DNA of 64,000 nucleotides from Octopus bimaculoides. Its lineage: Eukaryota. The position numbers and the translations under genes are program-made. Positions 11,582-25,129 of this stretch are shown here, piece by piece. The stretch is from NCBI RefSeq assembly GCF_001194135.2, contig NC_068994.1:27328780-27392779 (forward strand). The letters are read 5' to 3'. The notes below the pieces were generated by a model. It had not been told where the DNA came from, did not search any database, and saw nothing but the letters and a program-made list of their open reading frames with translations. Within the stretch, counting starts at the first letter, position 1; each line of letters begins with the position of its first letter.

Positions 11582-13186
11582 CATCATCATCATCATCATC
11601 GTTTAACGTCCGCTTTCCATGCCAGCATGGGTTGGACGATTTGACTGAGGACTGGTGAAACCGGATGGCAACACCAGGCTCCAATCTAATTTGGCAGAGT
11701 TTCTACAGCTGGATGCCCTTCCTAACGCCAACCACTCAGAGAGTGTAGTGGGTGCTTTTACGTGTCACCCGCACGAGGGCCAGTCAGGCGGTACTGGCAA
11801 CGGCCACGCTCAAAATGGTGTCTTTCATGTGCCACCCGCACAAGAGCCAGTCCAGGGGCACTGGCAACGATCTCACTCGAAAATCCTATGAAGGCCAGTC
11901 AGGCGGTACTGGCAACGGCCACGCTCAAAATNNNNNNNNNNNNNNNNNNNNNNNNNNNNNNNNNNNNNNNNNNNNNNNNNNNNNNNNNNNNNNNNNNNNN
12001 NNNNNNNNNNNNNNNNNNNNNNNNNNNNNNNNNNNNNNNNNNNNNNNNNNNNNNNNNNNNNNNNNNNNNNNNNNNNNNNNNNNNNNNNNNNNNNNNNNNN
12101 NNNNNNNNNNNNNNNNNNNNNNNNNNNNNNNNNNNNNNNNNNNNNNNNNNNNNNNNNNNNNNNNNNNNNNNNNNNNNNNNNNNNNNNNNNNNNNNNNNNN
12201 NNNNNNNNNNNNNNNNNNNNNNNNNNNNNNNNNNNNNNNNNNNNNNNNNNNNNNNNNNNNNNNNNNNNNNNNNNNNNNNNNNNNNNNNNNNNNNNNNNNN
12301 NNNNNNNNNNNNNNNNNNNNNNNNNNNNNNNNNNNNNNNNNNNNNNNNNNNNNNNNNNNNNNNNNNNNNNNNNNNNNNNNNNNNNNNNNNNNNNNNNNNN
12401 NNNNNNNNNNNNNNNNNNNNNNNNNNNNNNNNNNNNNNNNNNNNNNNNNNNNNNNNNNNNNNNNNNNNNNNNNNNNNNNNNNNNNNNNNNNNNNNNNNNN
12501 NNNNNNNNNNNNNNNNNNNNNNNNNNNNNNNNNNNNNNNNNNNNNNNNNNNNNNNNNNNNNNNNNNNNNNNNNNNNNNNNNNNNNNNNNNNNNNNNNNNN
12601 NNNNNNNNNNNNNNNNNNNNNNNNNNNNNNNNNNNNNNNNNNNNNNNNNNNNNNNNNNNNNNNNNNNNNNNNNNNNNNNNNNNNNNNNNNNNNNNNNNNN
12701 NNNNNNNNNNNNNNNNNNNNNNNNNNNNNNNNNNNNNNNNNNNNNNNNNNNNNNNNNNNNNNNNNNNNNNNNNNNNNNNNNNNNNNNNNNNNNNNNNNNN
12801 NNNNNNNNNNNNNNNNNNNNNNNNNNNATGTGTCCATAGCTTGCACTGGGTACATCTTATAGAGTTACTACCTACTCCTTTTCTACATACTGAGAAGGGC
12901 CATCTACCTGAAGGGGTTTGTGTTTTATCTACCTTCCTACTTATTAGGATTTTGGTTTTTGCTAGGTTGACTCTAAGGCCCTTCGATTCTAGTCCTTGCT
13001 TCCACCCCTGAAATTTCTCCTCTAGTTCTGATAGTGACTCCGCAATTAGTGCAAGGTCATCAGCATAGAGGAGCTCCCAAGGGCAACCTGTCTTGAATTC
13101 CTCTGTGATCGCCTGGAGGACTATGATAAATAGGAGGGGGCTGAGGACGGAACCTTGGTGGACCCCTACCTCTACCCGGAATTCAT
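11582..13186 (-). mobile_element. 5'-truncated RTE-clade LINE: RT core, then gap, then 3' UTR minisatellite and (GAT)n tail
   Basis: 12828-13186 minus reads without stops: EFRVEVGVHQGSVLSPLLFIIVLQAITEEFKTGCPWELLYADDLALIAESLSELEEKFQGWKQGLESKGLRVNLAKTKIL...VCRKGVGSNSIRCTQCKLWTH. The 3' UTR lies at 11582-11931 in the same orientation; the join across the gap is inferred. Confidence 0.8.
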
Positions 13187-14144
13187 ATTATGCTTCTAAA
13201 ATATTTTTCAACTGTGTACGTTCTATAGTTGCCTTTGTTGGGTCAGTATGCAGAGATCTAATCTGGCAGAGTTGTGTGATGGTGATGCAAATGGTGTCAG
13301 TTTGTTTACATCCTTGTTGATCCCTATGGCAGTTTTTGACTAGTTTTCAGTGTTGAAGGCAAGATGACTAGCATCACAAGAATCAGAATATCAATCAATA
13401 TCTCTCACAGCTATTGCTTTGATGTAGAAAGATGCCTGTTGACACAACGGTTAAGGTATGAAGTGACTTAAGTTTGAGTGAGACTGTTTCCACTATTTTT
13501 GAACTACTTCAAGTAGTTGATTGTGAGATCTTCTTGGGCTTTTTCATAGCATCAGAGAACCTCCTGATTTTATTACAAGGACCAAGGGAAATGAGAAAGG
13601 TGCTTACATTTTTTGAAGATTGTTCACAGATGTGGTAGTAATGTTGCTGTCCACACATCAATGCACATACTCCAAAAGCACACACACCTATACATACACA
13701 CACATCCACATATACACCAACACACTAACAATCATACACACACCGACACACTAACAATCACACACATACTAACATACACCAGCACCCATCAAGACATACA
13801 AACACACACATGCACACACACACACATTCACACATACAGCAAGACACTCATACACATACACATCAGTGTGTACACATTAACTTTTACAAACAGATTTTGT
13901 ATTCACTGATAAGAAAATAAAATGTAAACAACTCAGTATTATTTTTCACATCACCCTCTCCTTCTCCACCTCTTCCTCTATTTCATCTCTTTCTCGTTCC
14001 AGCATCTCTCCCTCTCTCCTTACCTCTACCACTCTCTCACATTTTTCTCTTTTTGTCTTTCTCCCTCTCTCTCCCTCCCTCAGTTTTTATAAAAAAAAGA
14101 TGATTCATTTCAGTAAAGCTAATGTTCACACACATGCACGCATG

Positions 14145-14181
<37 letters not shown>

Positions 14182-16499
14182 ACACACAGAATGCTATGAA
14201 AGTTAGTTACAGCTGTACTAAAAGTATTGAGAATTTGATTTCTGGCTTCAGCAAAAGTAGTAACAGAAACTATAACATAATAGTTTTGTATCAGTTAACC
14301 AACACTAGCGTAATTGCGGCAACATTTGTTCATATCTTCAGACTGATAAATGTCTCAGCATGAAATTCATATATTTGTCCAAAGTGAAACTTTAAAACAA
14401 AAGAGCATACTTATTTAGCTGAACAGAACATACCTTTAAGAGCAGACATACACAGCATGTATATTCTTTTAGTCAAGTGACAAGAAACACCATTTCCCTC
14501 TTACAATATGGTGACTAAAAGACAAATGTACTACATGTTTAAAATAACGATTGTAGAATCTACCCAATTATATTCTGGAGGATCTGGATAGTGCTGCCTA
14601 TGTAACAGTCAAATATTCTTCATCTTGATGTTTCCTATCAATATTTTTTAATTTTTTTTATTTTCTCTCAATGTCTTATACTACAACAACAATGGCAATT
14701 TCTTCTTGCAACCAACTACTGCCACATGTGCCATACAACCTCAATATTAATATATTTCATGTTTATTCCTCTTATTTTGTCCTTACTGTACCTCCTTCCT
14801 TTACTATATGTATGGGAACAAAGATATAAGATAAATCTTTTTAAGAGGTGCTACTTGAAAATAATTTACAGATGAAAAATATATAAACCAATGAAGAGCA
14901 CTGACGCCACATGGAATGCAGTAATACAAATACATGCTTATTGAATAAATCTTATAATGCAGAAGTCAAAATTTCTAAGGCAGAGGTCATCTCTACAAAA
15001 TCTAAACTACAATAAAGGACACACACATAACATAGACATGACAGAAGAAAAATATAAGCAAATATTTTATTGTTGAATATCATCCATTATACAGATAAAA
15101 AATTTAAGCCCTACAAGAAAGGAAACAAAATGTGTTATCTGTACACAACAGAGAAGAGGAAAATCCTCAGAATCCTACATAAGCAAAACCTCTACCCTAT
15201 TTTTTTGGTATACAAGTTGATGTACTAGATAGTGTAAACATGTAGTGTAAACATTCAAACATCATGACTGTCTTTCCAAATCCCGCTATATTTCACATGA
15301 AATTTTTAGACCTCCAAAGTTGTCTTGGTGTAAAAGTTGATCTACCCTTTAAGCTGTATAATTTGATCTGAAAAATTTGACTTATGTGCTAGAAAATGCA
15401 GTATTGAAACATAAAATCAAAAGAATTTCAGTAAAGTCAGATGCTTTAAAATGCATTTGTTATTAAACTAGGGAACACTACCATCACTGAACAGAAATCA
15501 CAAAAATACACTGGGATTTGAAATTGCATGTTGTTATCTCTTCCTCTTCTATCTTTTTTCTTTACATCGTTTTTTCTTTCCTGCACTCACCTCCCCCTTT
15601 CCTTATGACTATCATGCTCATTCACATTGATGATGTATACTCCTGAATTTTATGTAACACACTTGTCCTTCCTCAATTTTCAGCATAAATGTATATAATT
15701 TTCCAGCATTTCCAAAGTGGTCAAAGAGAATAACCCACATCTATTATCTCAGAGTTATTCATCTTAAAAGAAGCATAAGTGTTTCTACACATTTTTTTCC
15801 ACATCTCTAAATACATGAAAATATACGATCTGAATGAGTGCTTAGTTTGAAATTTTAGCAGCTTTTCTATTTTACTTGCATTGCTTTAATAGTTACATTA
15901 TTCTAAATTTTTGTATCAAGTGGTATGTGTGTGTATACATTTAAACACATGCACATGTGTATTGAAAAGGAGTGGATAGGTATTCCATATGGTGTACTCA
16001 GTGTAAACTATGGGCACAAGCACTTTAGGTGGAAATACAGATGGGTTGAGACAGATAAGACTGACTTTATGTGGTTGATGTACAAGAAAAGTTAGCTGTT
16101 ACAGAACATGTAAAACAAATTCCTTCAAATGCTTAGAGAATTTTGTAGAAGTACTGAATAGCTTTTGTTGTCTAAGTGACCTTAATTAGCAGTGGCACTA
16201 GATTGACCAAAAGCATGGTTACCAGAGGGAAAAATCTAAGGAGTTACCACCTCCGCTGGTAACAAATGTTTTCCTCTCTCTGAATGAAAAACAAATAGTA
16301 TGATTGCTTGCCTACAAAGTGTCATGTTATCAGTGGCTTGGTAACATGGGATACAAGTTCATCCCCTATAACTGTAATGAAGATGCTTTGAACATCCACC
16401 AGAAAAACTTCGTTGCCAAAATGAATAAGTGTAGAAGCATTTTTGGACTGATTTGAAACATTACTTTTTCATTATTGGATTTATCCGATTTAATTGATG

Positions 16500-16975
16500 T
16501 GCAAATGTAATAATAATAATTTTGGACTTGGGTTTTCACCCCCTAAGCAAATTTCTTTTCTACACAGGATTGTTTTTTGACAGCAAGACATGGGTCTTGA
16601 TTCTGGAAAATGCATGAAGACTGGACAGAAATGAGGTAAACATGCTAAGATGGATGTGTTGATAGCAAAGCACAAATGAGCCAAGAGAAAAAACTGGATA
16701 TAAGAGAAATCAAATGCTGTGTTTAAGAGAGAAGTTTGGGCAGATGATGCGCATGGCAGGTGTCACTTGTGTGAGGATGTACCAGGCACTCCAAATGGAC
16801 AAACCCTATGAAAGAGTGAGCCTATGGAAGAAAATGAGACTAAGAGGTGAAGACATATCTCAAGAGACTGAATTTCGCAAAAGAGAAAATTATAGTACTT
16901 TAATTTGTGGCAGAACACTGTGCTGGGAAAGAATAATCAAAGCCACTTGTAGAAAACTAGAAAATGATGATGATT
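16500..16975 (+). mobile_element. Decayed RTE ORF C-terminal fragment
   Basis: Remnants of TW.L..E...RL.RNE..MLRWMC and GQMMRM, ending in GATGATGAT. Confidence 0.5.
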
Positions 16976-17699
16976 ACAACGTTTGGGATGTTTGATATCT
17001 TGTTCCATATTTGCTTCAAGTACCCTATCTCTTCCCCAAGTACCCTATCTCTTCCCCATCTCAATATTTATGTAATGTTGACAATGCAATGGATTTGTTG
17101 GGATTCAATCCCACCACTACCAATCTCTGTTGCTATCCAATCTATAGTTTAGTGTTTCACCTCCAGTAATATCTATGTCTCTCATTCTTTCTCTTTTCCA
17201 TTACCTTTTCTTCTCTCACACAGTCTCTTTTTGAATTATTTCTTATATCACCCTTGTCCTCTTCTATCACATATGTACACACATACACATACATAAAAAC
17301 ATTTTGATTGTTATGGTTAGTCTAATATATGGACATGTGTAATTACTGCTCATATGAAAGCAACATACTAAATATTTGAAAAGTTGAGTGTGGTAAAATT
17401 ACATACAGATATTTCTACGTAAGTGTTTTAAACATATATATTGTAGCATATCATCTTAACATATTTATGTAAACTCAGTGCTGTAATGATCCACACATAA
17501 AGAAATAAGCCAAGTAACATTTCAATACAGTTTACAAAAAAGACAAACACCACCCAATATGTATATTTGAATACAATTGTAAAATCAAAAACAACTTTAA
17601 ATTTAATTCAGACAAAACTTTGTCAAAACTTTTAAAGATAATCCTTATCTATTTTTAAAAACAAATACAAATATCAGCGAATTAGCAAAATCATCATGG

Positions 17700-19610
17700 C
17701 TAAATGTATGTTTCCTTTGACCAAATCATGACTACTATCACTGTATACAATGAAGCTACAATCTTAACAAAGATTTATATACAATCTAACCTTAAAGTTC
17801 AGGTTTTATACAAAGGCTAAAACATAGGTGGAAGTGCAAAGACCCAGAATTTGAATTTTTCCCTAAAACATTTAAATGAACAAAATGTATTTTAGATGTA
17901 AATTGATAAATCTAACAGAAATGTTTGATTAAAAACAGGCTTGCACTATAAAGCCAGCCATTGAAGATAATGTTCCCACTGCCATTGATGGACAGACAGA
18001 ACAATCAACTAAATCTATCAGTAAACAAACACACCAGCAGTTTAGCTGAAATCCATACCCTATACTGTACACACAGAAGAATGCCAAAACCTTCTGGAGT
18101 GATTTGGGATGATATGCTTCAACAGGTTCACAACCTTAACTTGAATGACAGGCCATACAATATCAGTATAATTAATAACCCAGTAAATTAGAATCAGAGG
18201 CAGTAAATGAAATAGCAAATAAATATCTGAAAACCACAGTCTAGGGGTATGAAAACTAACTACAAAACCCTTAATCTTTTTATCTATGTCTCAGTTATTA
18301 CATTACTAGTGTGTCACAAAGACTGAAGCCATGCAATCAAAATTCAAGCAAAAAGCCTGAACCAGTATGGGCACATTACTTGAAAGATAAAATTTTATTC
18401 CTACAAAAAAGTATCTCACAGATTGTTGTAGTTATGAACTGTAAAACAGAGAGCAACTTCACATGACCTCAGAAGAAACTAGAGAGATGATTTAGTGATA
18501 CAGGATTCAAAAACCAAAACTCCAAACTGCATCAGCTGAAACAACAACTCATAGCTGCTGCTGAAAAACTAAATGGCAAATACTCAATAATTTATTTGCC
18601 AGGGATCTCAAGTCAGTTTATTGCAGCTTCAATGCACAAGGCTAAATCTCTAAAAGACACTCCTACAAAAGATCAGGCTACTGGAGATCTGTATGGTTAA
18701 CAAATAATGAGTTCAACAAAAATGCTGTATGGCTAAAAGAACTGGAGCAGATCTACTGCAAGCATGTCCAACAGAAGCATTATGAAATAAACAGTGAAAT
18801 ATTGGAAACAATTGTACAGAAAATGTCAAACAGGAAATCTCCAGGTTCAGATTTCATAACAAGCTTCTGGCTGAAGAATTTCATCTTTTATGGTTGTATG
18901 GAGAAAGTATCAAGGGCACAGAAGAACTTCCCCAATGATTATCAACTAAAACTACTCTCTTCATCCCCAAGAATAGCCAAACGACCCTTGCTAAAAATTA
19001 CTCTCCAATAACCTGCCAGAACATCATGTACAAATTATACACTAGGTGCCTCAATCTATTCTTGCAGGATCATTGTGCTGCTGTCAACATTATAACACAT
19101 GAGAAAGTTGGAGGAATGAAGGAGGTGTGGGGCTCTATACAGCAGCTGCTAATTAATAAAATGATGCAGGAAAAAACAGTAAAAAATTGTAGAAATTTAA
19201 CCATAATGTGGCTGAACTATCAGAAGGCTTTTGATAGTATAACATGTGGTTGGATTATCAGGGATTAGCCAAAATCCTACAACCACTGATGAGTGCTGTT
19301 GAACTCCTGACCAAGACTTGGTACAACACTTTGCTCCTTAAGAGTGATGAGGAGCAAATTAAGTCTAATAGCACTCATTAGCAAAAAGGCATCTTTCAGA
19401 GTGACAGCCTGTTGGTGTTGCTCTTCGTTCTCTCATTAAACCCATTGCCATACCTACTCACAAAATATAGTGGCCATAGAAATGGACCCAGAAGTATCTC
19501 TCATTTTTTTCTTTTTTGATGACCTGAAACTGTATGGGCCAAATATCAACCACATAAAAATGCATTTGGACCTCATTACCCAATTTTCTACAGATATTGG
19601 AATGAAATTA
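17700..19610 (+). mobile_element. Decayed R4/Dong-like LINE (RT domain)
   Basis: Across frames: NRKSPGSDFITSFWLK, YKLYTRCLN, QQLLINKMMQE, WLNYQKAFDSI, KGIFQSDSLLVLLFVLSLNPL, FDDLKLY. Left boundary uncertain. Confidence 0.8.
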
Positions 19611-19981
19611 CTGTAAATTAAAAATAGAAAGAGAAAAAGAAGAAACTACATACATTATAAATTCACATTATAAATTCACATTAATACCAATAATAATTGA
19701 TGCACTTGGTTTTGTGAGTAAATGCCTAAGTGACAATCTGGACAAGCTAGGACTAACTTGCACATTAGAAATACAATCTCTCAGTGGAATAATAAAAATA
19801 TGCAAGATCCTTCTCAAGTTTAAAATGTGAATTTCTTTTTGTTATCTACATTCCAATGACTGAGCTTTGTATCTTTGTTAGAAACCAGCTCCTTCTGCAG
19901 AGGAAGAATTTAAATAATTAAAAAATAGAAGAGGACATAGATATACAGACAAACATACAATCACACAAGCATATGCATGCA

Positions 19982-20034
<53 letters not shown>

Positions 20035-20209
20035 TGAGGGAACTTCATCAATAATGTCTAACTCTTTTGTGAGATTTGTAGATCAAAGCTACTTGCTTAG
20101 GTCTTATTGACTATAGGTATTATACAATGCTGAGGAAACTGATGATAGTTCTGGTGTTGTGAATTTAATTCTAACCTTTTCTCTTTTTCTTCCTGCTGCA
20201 TCATCTAAT

Positions 20210-21360
20210 TTGACTTAGCCATATTTACTTCTTTCTAAATGGTTCTCCACCATTATTTGCAATCAGTTTTTATCTTCTTCCATACAGACACAATCAGGTC
20301 ACCTACTTCACTGAAATTTTCTTTGATAATATACTTATAATGGAGTTTCTGGCAGCCTTCTTCAGTGGTTTCTGCATTTCAGTCCACTGTAGAGTACAAC
20401 CTTGGGGATCATACTGTTCTCCATATGACCACACATCCCACTCAGTGCCAGTATCATTCCATTAGGATAGACTTAATATTAGGCATATTTGCACACTGCA
20501 AGACCTCCTCATGGGAGATTTGATTTCACCGAGAAATCTTCATTATAGATCATAGCCAGTGCAACTGTCAGATAAGTAGCATTCTTAAATGCTAACACTG
20601 TATTAGGTAGATCTCAGGAGACTGGATAGAAGTACTGTTCAATAAACTTTGTATTTCGTTGAAAGTTTAAAGCCACATTTTTCCCACAACAAAACATTGA
20701 ACATCTCAAAAGTGATCACAGATGACTATATGTAATGCATCTTGGTTATTATTGTCAGAAATTATGCTATCTAAATACTTAGACATTTTCACCTTACTTA
20801 GAGGCTGGTTTACTGTCCTGATATCGAGGTTCATGTTTCAGCATGCCAGGTTTAGGTTGATACAAAATTTCAGTCTTCTTAATATTTATTGACAAACCAA
20901 AAATTGATGTTGTACATTCAAAATAGTGTGTAATTTTTTGGGTATTGTCTAGAAAATAAGCCACTAGGATCGAGTCATCAGTGAAAAAACGTTTACAGAT
21001 ACACATATCACAGCACTTCCTGGTGGCGCTTAGTCTAGAATGTTCAACACTTTACAGTCCATTCTTGTGCAGATATGCACATCACCTATTTTCAAGTACA
21101 GAACCCAGAGGTAGTGCAGATGGTGGTGTGATTGAAAAAAGTACCAATCTATGACTCCAAGGAAAGAGATCATGAGAGATATGTTATAAAATTGCTTGGC
21201 AGTCTCCCAAAATTTGTCCAGGCATCCACATTTTGCAAGCAGGGTCCATAAGTTCACTCTACCCACACTCTCAATAGCATTCATAAAGTCAATGAATATG
21301 ATAAATGAAATACATTGTGCTATAGAATTCTCTTGGACTTGATGTAGAGTAAAAATCATA
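20210..21360 (-). mobile_element. Old RTE LINE RT and C-terminal fragment
   Basis: FIDFMNAIESVGRVNLWTLLAKCGC (degenerate FIDxxKAFDSV) and DDSILVA...FGLSINIKKTEILYQPKPG. Confidence 0.7.
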
Positions 21361-21543
21361 TCTCGAATGTTGCTTCACATATAAACTCCACACTGACTTT
21401 CACAGTGAATTCACTCAGTTATTATTTTTTTTTATCAAACTAGTCTGTATGCTTGTATTTCAGAAAGCTGAGTGAGGCAGTGACTGTTTTGTAGATTGTC
21501 TCAAGCAAGTGTGCTTGATATGTATGTGTGTGTATTATATGTA

Positions 21544-22777
21544 TTGGGTCATTCTATAAATAATGCAGTTCTTTTATACTTCTTTTATTTTTCAAAATTA
21601 AGATAAACAAAGTTCTTTTTTAATCTAAAATATACTCTTCTTCATTTTTTACAATGCTCTTCCATCTATCTGGTAGACTCACAAGGTCCCTCTCCCAAAA
21701 TTCCCTTGGCCATGACAAAAAATACTCCTCCAGTACTATTCTGACCTTGTCTACAGAATTCATATTTTTTCCGTCCAAATGGACACTGCAGAGTAAATGA
21801 TAATCAGATGGGGCAATGTCCAGCAAATATGATGGGTGGGGCATTGTCTCCCATTCAAACTGCTCCAGCCTTTGGAATGTCAACTTTACTGTATGTGGCT
21901 GAGCATTATCCTGATGGAGTAACACCTTTTGTCTTGAAACAAAGACGGTCATTTTTCTTCTAGTGCTGACTTTAGCCACTCAAGCTGCTCACATTTGATC
22001 TCCTTTCTTATCGTTTGTTTTAGATTTAAAAGTTCAGAGTCAACTAAACCATTCATATCCCATCGAATAGATAACAACACCTTACATGTTTGAAAACTGT
22101 CTTTAGCCTGGGGTGCCAGTGTTTCTCCTTTCCCTACCCACTGTCTTTAGTGCTTGATATTTTTATAAAGAAGCCATTTCTCAACACCAGTCACTATTCA
22201 GTCCAAAACAAGGTTCATTTGTGAGATGTAAGAGCAAAGAACACACGTTCACTCTCTGCTTGCAATTAGACTTGATAAGAACCAATCAACTCAATTTGCT
22301 GACTTTTCCGATGGCATGCAGGTGTCGATGAATGACCAAATCCAAGCTTCTCTGCTAGTTCCTCAATAGTTATGATGGGATTTTGTTCACCAGTGTTTGC
22401 AGGACATCCCCGTCAAGCTCTACAGATCTTCCAGGACAAGGCTTGTCTTCTAGGCTGTAGTTTCTGGCTCAGAATTTTTGGCTTATGCTTATTGTCCGAT
22501 CCCCAGTTACTGCATTAATATTCCTTTCACTTTCCTTTGCGTTGTTGCCTTTATTGAACTCATAAAGCAAAATATGCTCCTTTGTCACTTCCATTATAGC
22601 TTTGAAAAAAGAACTGTTAAAATTGAACTGCATTCTTCGAAACTTGCACTAAGAATAAGGACAGGGTAAAATTATTACCTGTTTTTATATCAAGTTGATG
22701 CAGGTAGTTTATCCCATCCCCCTCCGACTTTTAGTTCATGCAATTGAAAAAACTGCATTATTTATGGAATGATCCAA
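21544..22777 (-). mobile_element. Full-length but decayed mariner (DD34D) transposon
   Basis: TIRs TTGGGTCATTCTATAAATAATGCAGTT and AACTGCATTATTTATGGAATGATCCAA, both flanked by TA. ORF 21620-21979 has HQDNAQPH, HPSYLLDIAPSDYHL and LPDRWKSIV. Confidence 0.9.
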
Positions 22778-22841
22778 TATATAAATGTATGTGCATTTAT
22801 GTGTGTGTATATACATACATACATATGTATATATGTATGTA

Positions 22842-22849
<8 letters not shown>

Positions 22850-22936
<87 letters not shown>
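22850..22936. repeat. Long perfect (TA)n microsatellite
   Basis: About 43 uninterrupted TA units. Confidence 0.97.
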
Positions 22937-22938
<2 letters not shown>

Positions 22939-25129
22939 AAGTACACATACAAAGATATACATATAAATAAATATGCACACACTCAAAATTTACTAGTCTT
23001 AAGTGAACAATAATGGAGATAATAGTGTCACACTGGAGGATTGTCCACAACATTCTCTTGAATCTGTTGATTGCTACTGTCTAGTTTCTTTCTGAAGATA
23101 AATCATCATAGTTCCCACAAGAGGTATCTTTTACTTCACTGCCATTAGCAGAATATATGATCAACAAGAATTGCAAGATCTAATACTGGCTCACAACCTA
23201 GAGGTATACATCAATAATGAACATTTCAAAGTTCTTTTCATCTTCTGCATCAATAAAGAAAAACCCAAATGTATTTGGAGCCGACATTAAAAAAATCACA
23301 GTATAAATAACAGCAAGCTAACAGGGAATGAGTGAACATGTTGACATTGGTTGTAAAACTTACTATATTTTATGATTGCTATTTTATGAAGTGAGTTGGC
23401 AAATGTCAAAGTTTATATCACTTGATGGAGAATTGCTGAGAAACTGTTTTTGTTGTAGCTGCTCCTGGTCTGTTGGTGAATACAGAAAATTATAAAATAG
23501 ACATGATTAAGTGCATAAACTGTGATATGAGATAACTTTCTTGATACTACCTACCTTTCAAGCCATGACAGTGTTGTTTGAATGTCTGGTGTATAAAAAG
23601 GGAATAGCTGAAACTGTGACACTTCAAATCAGGATGTTATATATAACATGTAAAGCTGGGAAATTCCCAGTTGATCCAAAATAACATTGCAATCTTTTCC
23701 ATCAATATGAGTAACAATAGTATAAAAAAAAAAATGTTGCTTTCTCCAAAGTAAGGAAGACTATTAACAATTTTTGACACTTTCCATGATTAAAGCTGCA
23801 ATCAGTTTTTCTATTCAACAATCAGTTTTTCTACTTGAATTTGATAAAATCGGTTGTTGGAATACACTTAACTGTGAAGAGACAATAAATACTTTTGTGT
23901 TATATTGGGTAAACACAAACTTTCACCCTACATGTTGACCAAAAGGAACCTTTCCATAGTTACTTGACCTTCTAGAAATAATAACCAACTCTTCCACAAA
24001 TTAGAATCTACAATTTTAAAAATGAAGTTTATATTTGATATTGTAGTCATACTTGTGTTAGTGGTCATCACTGAAATGTCTTTGAGCATAGATTTGTTCA
24101 ATCAGGGTTACCTGGGGTTAAACAATAACACCAACCAAATAGTCTTGAACCAATGAAGGAGACTGTATTTGGTCTCTTGGCCTGCAAGAAAAAGCAGCCA
24201 CATAACACCTCAAATTGCATCCTTCAACATAAAGAGTATGTTTTGTCTTTGGTCCAAATACATTGTTGCAGCAAATAAACAGACAGAGTGGTACCAGTTG
24301 TAAATCTACTGGACCAAGCTTGATCATGGTTCCTGTTGGATCAGAACTTATCGTGAGTCTACCAGATCAGAGATGACCACAGGTCTGCTTGACTAGAGTT
24401 GATAATGGGCCTGCTGGATTAAGCAACTAAATTGTATACAATTTTTTTAAAAAAAGCATATGCAAACAGTCTTATATGCACAACCAAATAAAAATAGAAC
24501 CAGATATCATATGGTTTTATCCACCATTTCACTTAGCCATAGTTAACCCAATAACTTGACATTTCTTCCATCTCTTTAGAAAACACTTTCATTCACAACA
24601 TAGACATTATAAAATATTTAACAAGAAAATCATAAAAATATCATTTTTATTAACATGAGCAGTTTCTCTTTAGACTATAAATGCCTTTATAAGGATATAG
24701 TTTATCAATGTAATAGTATCTTTAATAGTTGAATAAATAGCTAGTCAAGCTCTGCTTTGACACCTTTTAAACTGAACCACAAAAGTCATACTCACACTTT
24801 CAGGAACCTCAATGGGAAAATGAAACATTACTCATGAAATTTATTTGGATGTTAAATGAGAATATCAATTAGACACTCAGATGGAAAATTGTCTCTAGAA
24901 TTAAGTTCTCTGCTGGCAATAAGAGACGATGCCATTTATAATATACAGAAAACATAACCATCTAATTTGCCAAAGTTAATTTACTAAATAAGCTGAATGG
25001 AAAGATTTCATTCTTTAAACATAGAGCATCAAAATCCTACCTCAAACACAACTGAAATTTTAATTACTAACCTTTATAACAGGAACATTCTGATATCTTC
25101 TATTCTTACCCCACCCCATTATTACTTCT

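Noticed and set aside
11690-11760. HDV-like ribozyme in the RTE tail (GGCACGT...GGAAGGGCATCC)
   Set aside because: I could not build the nested double pseudoknot; P3/L3 lengths and P2 pairing do not fit.
22736-23053. ORFs rich in YI, HT, CV and MYV repeats, here and throughout
   Set aside because: Translations of TA, CA and ATGT microsatellites.
23040-23750. Acidic minus-strand peptide suggestive of a piggyBac N-terminus
   Set aside because: No catalytic motifs, TTAA ends or TIRs seen.
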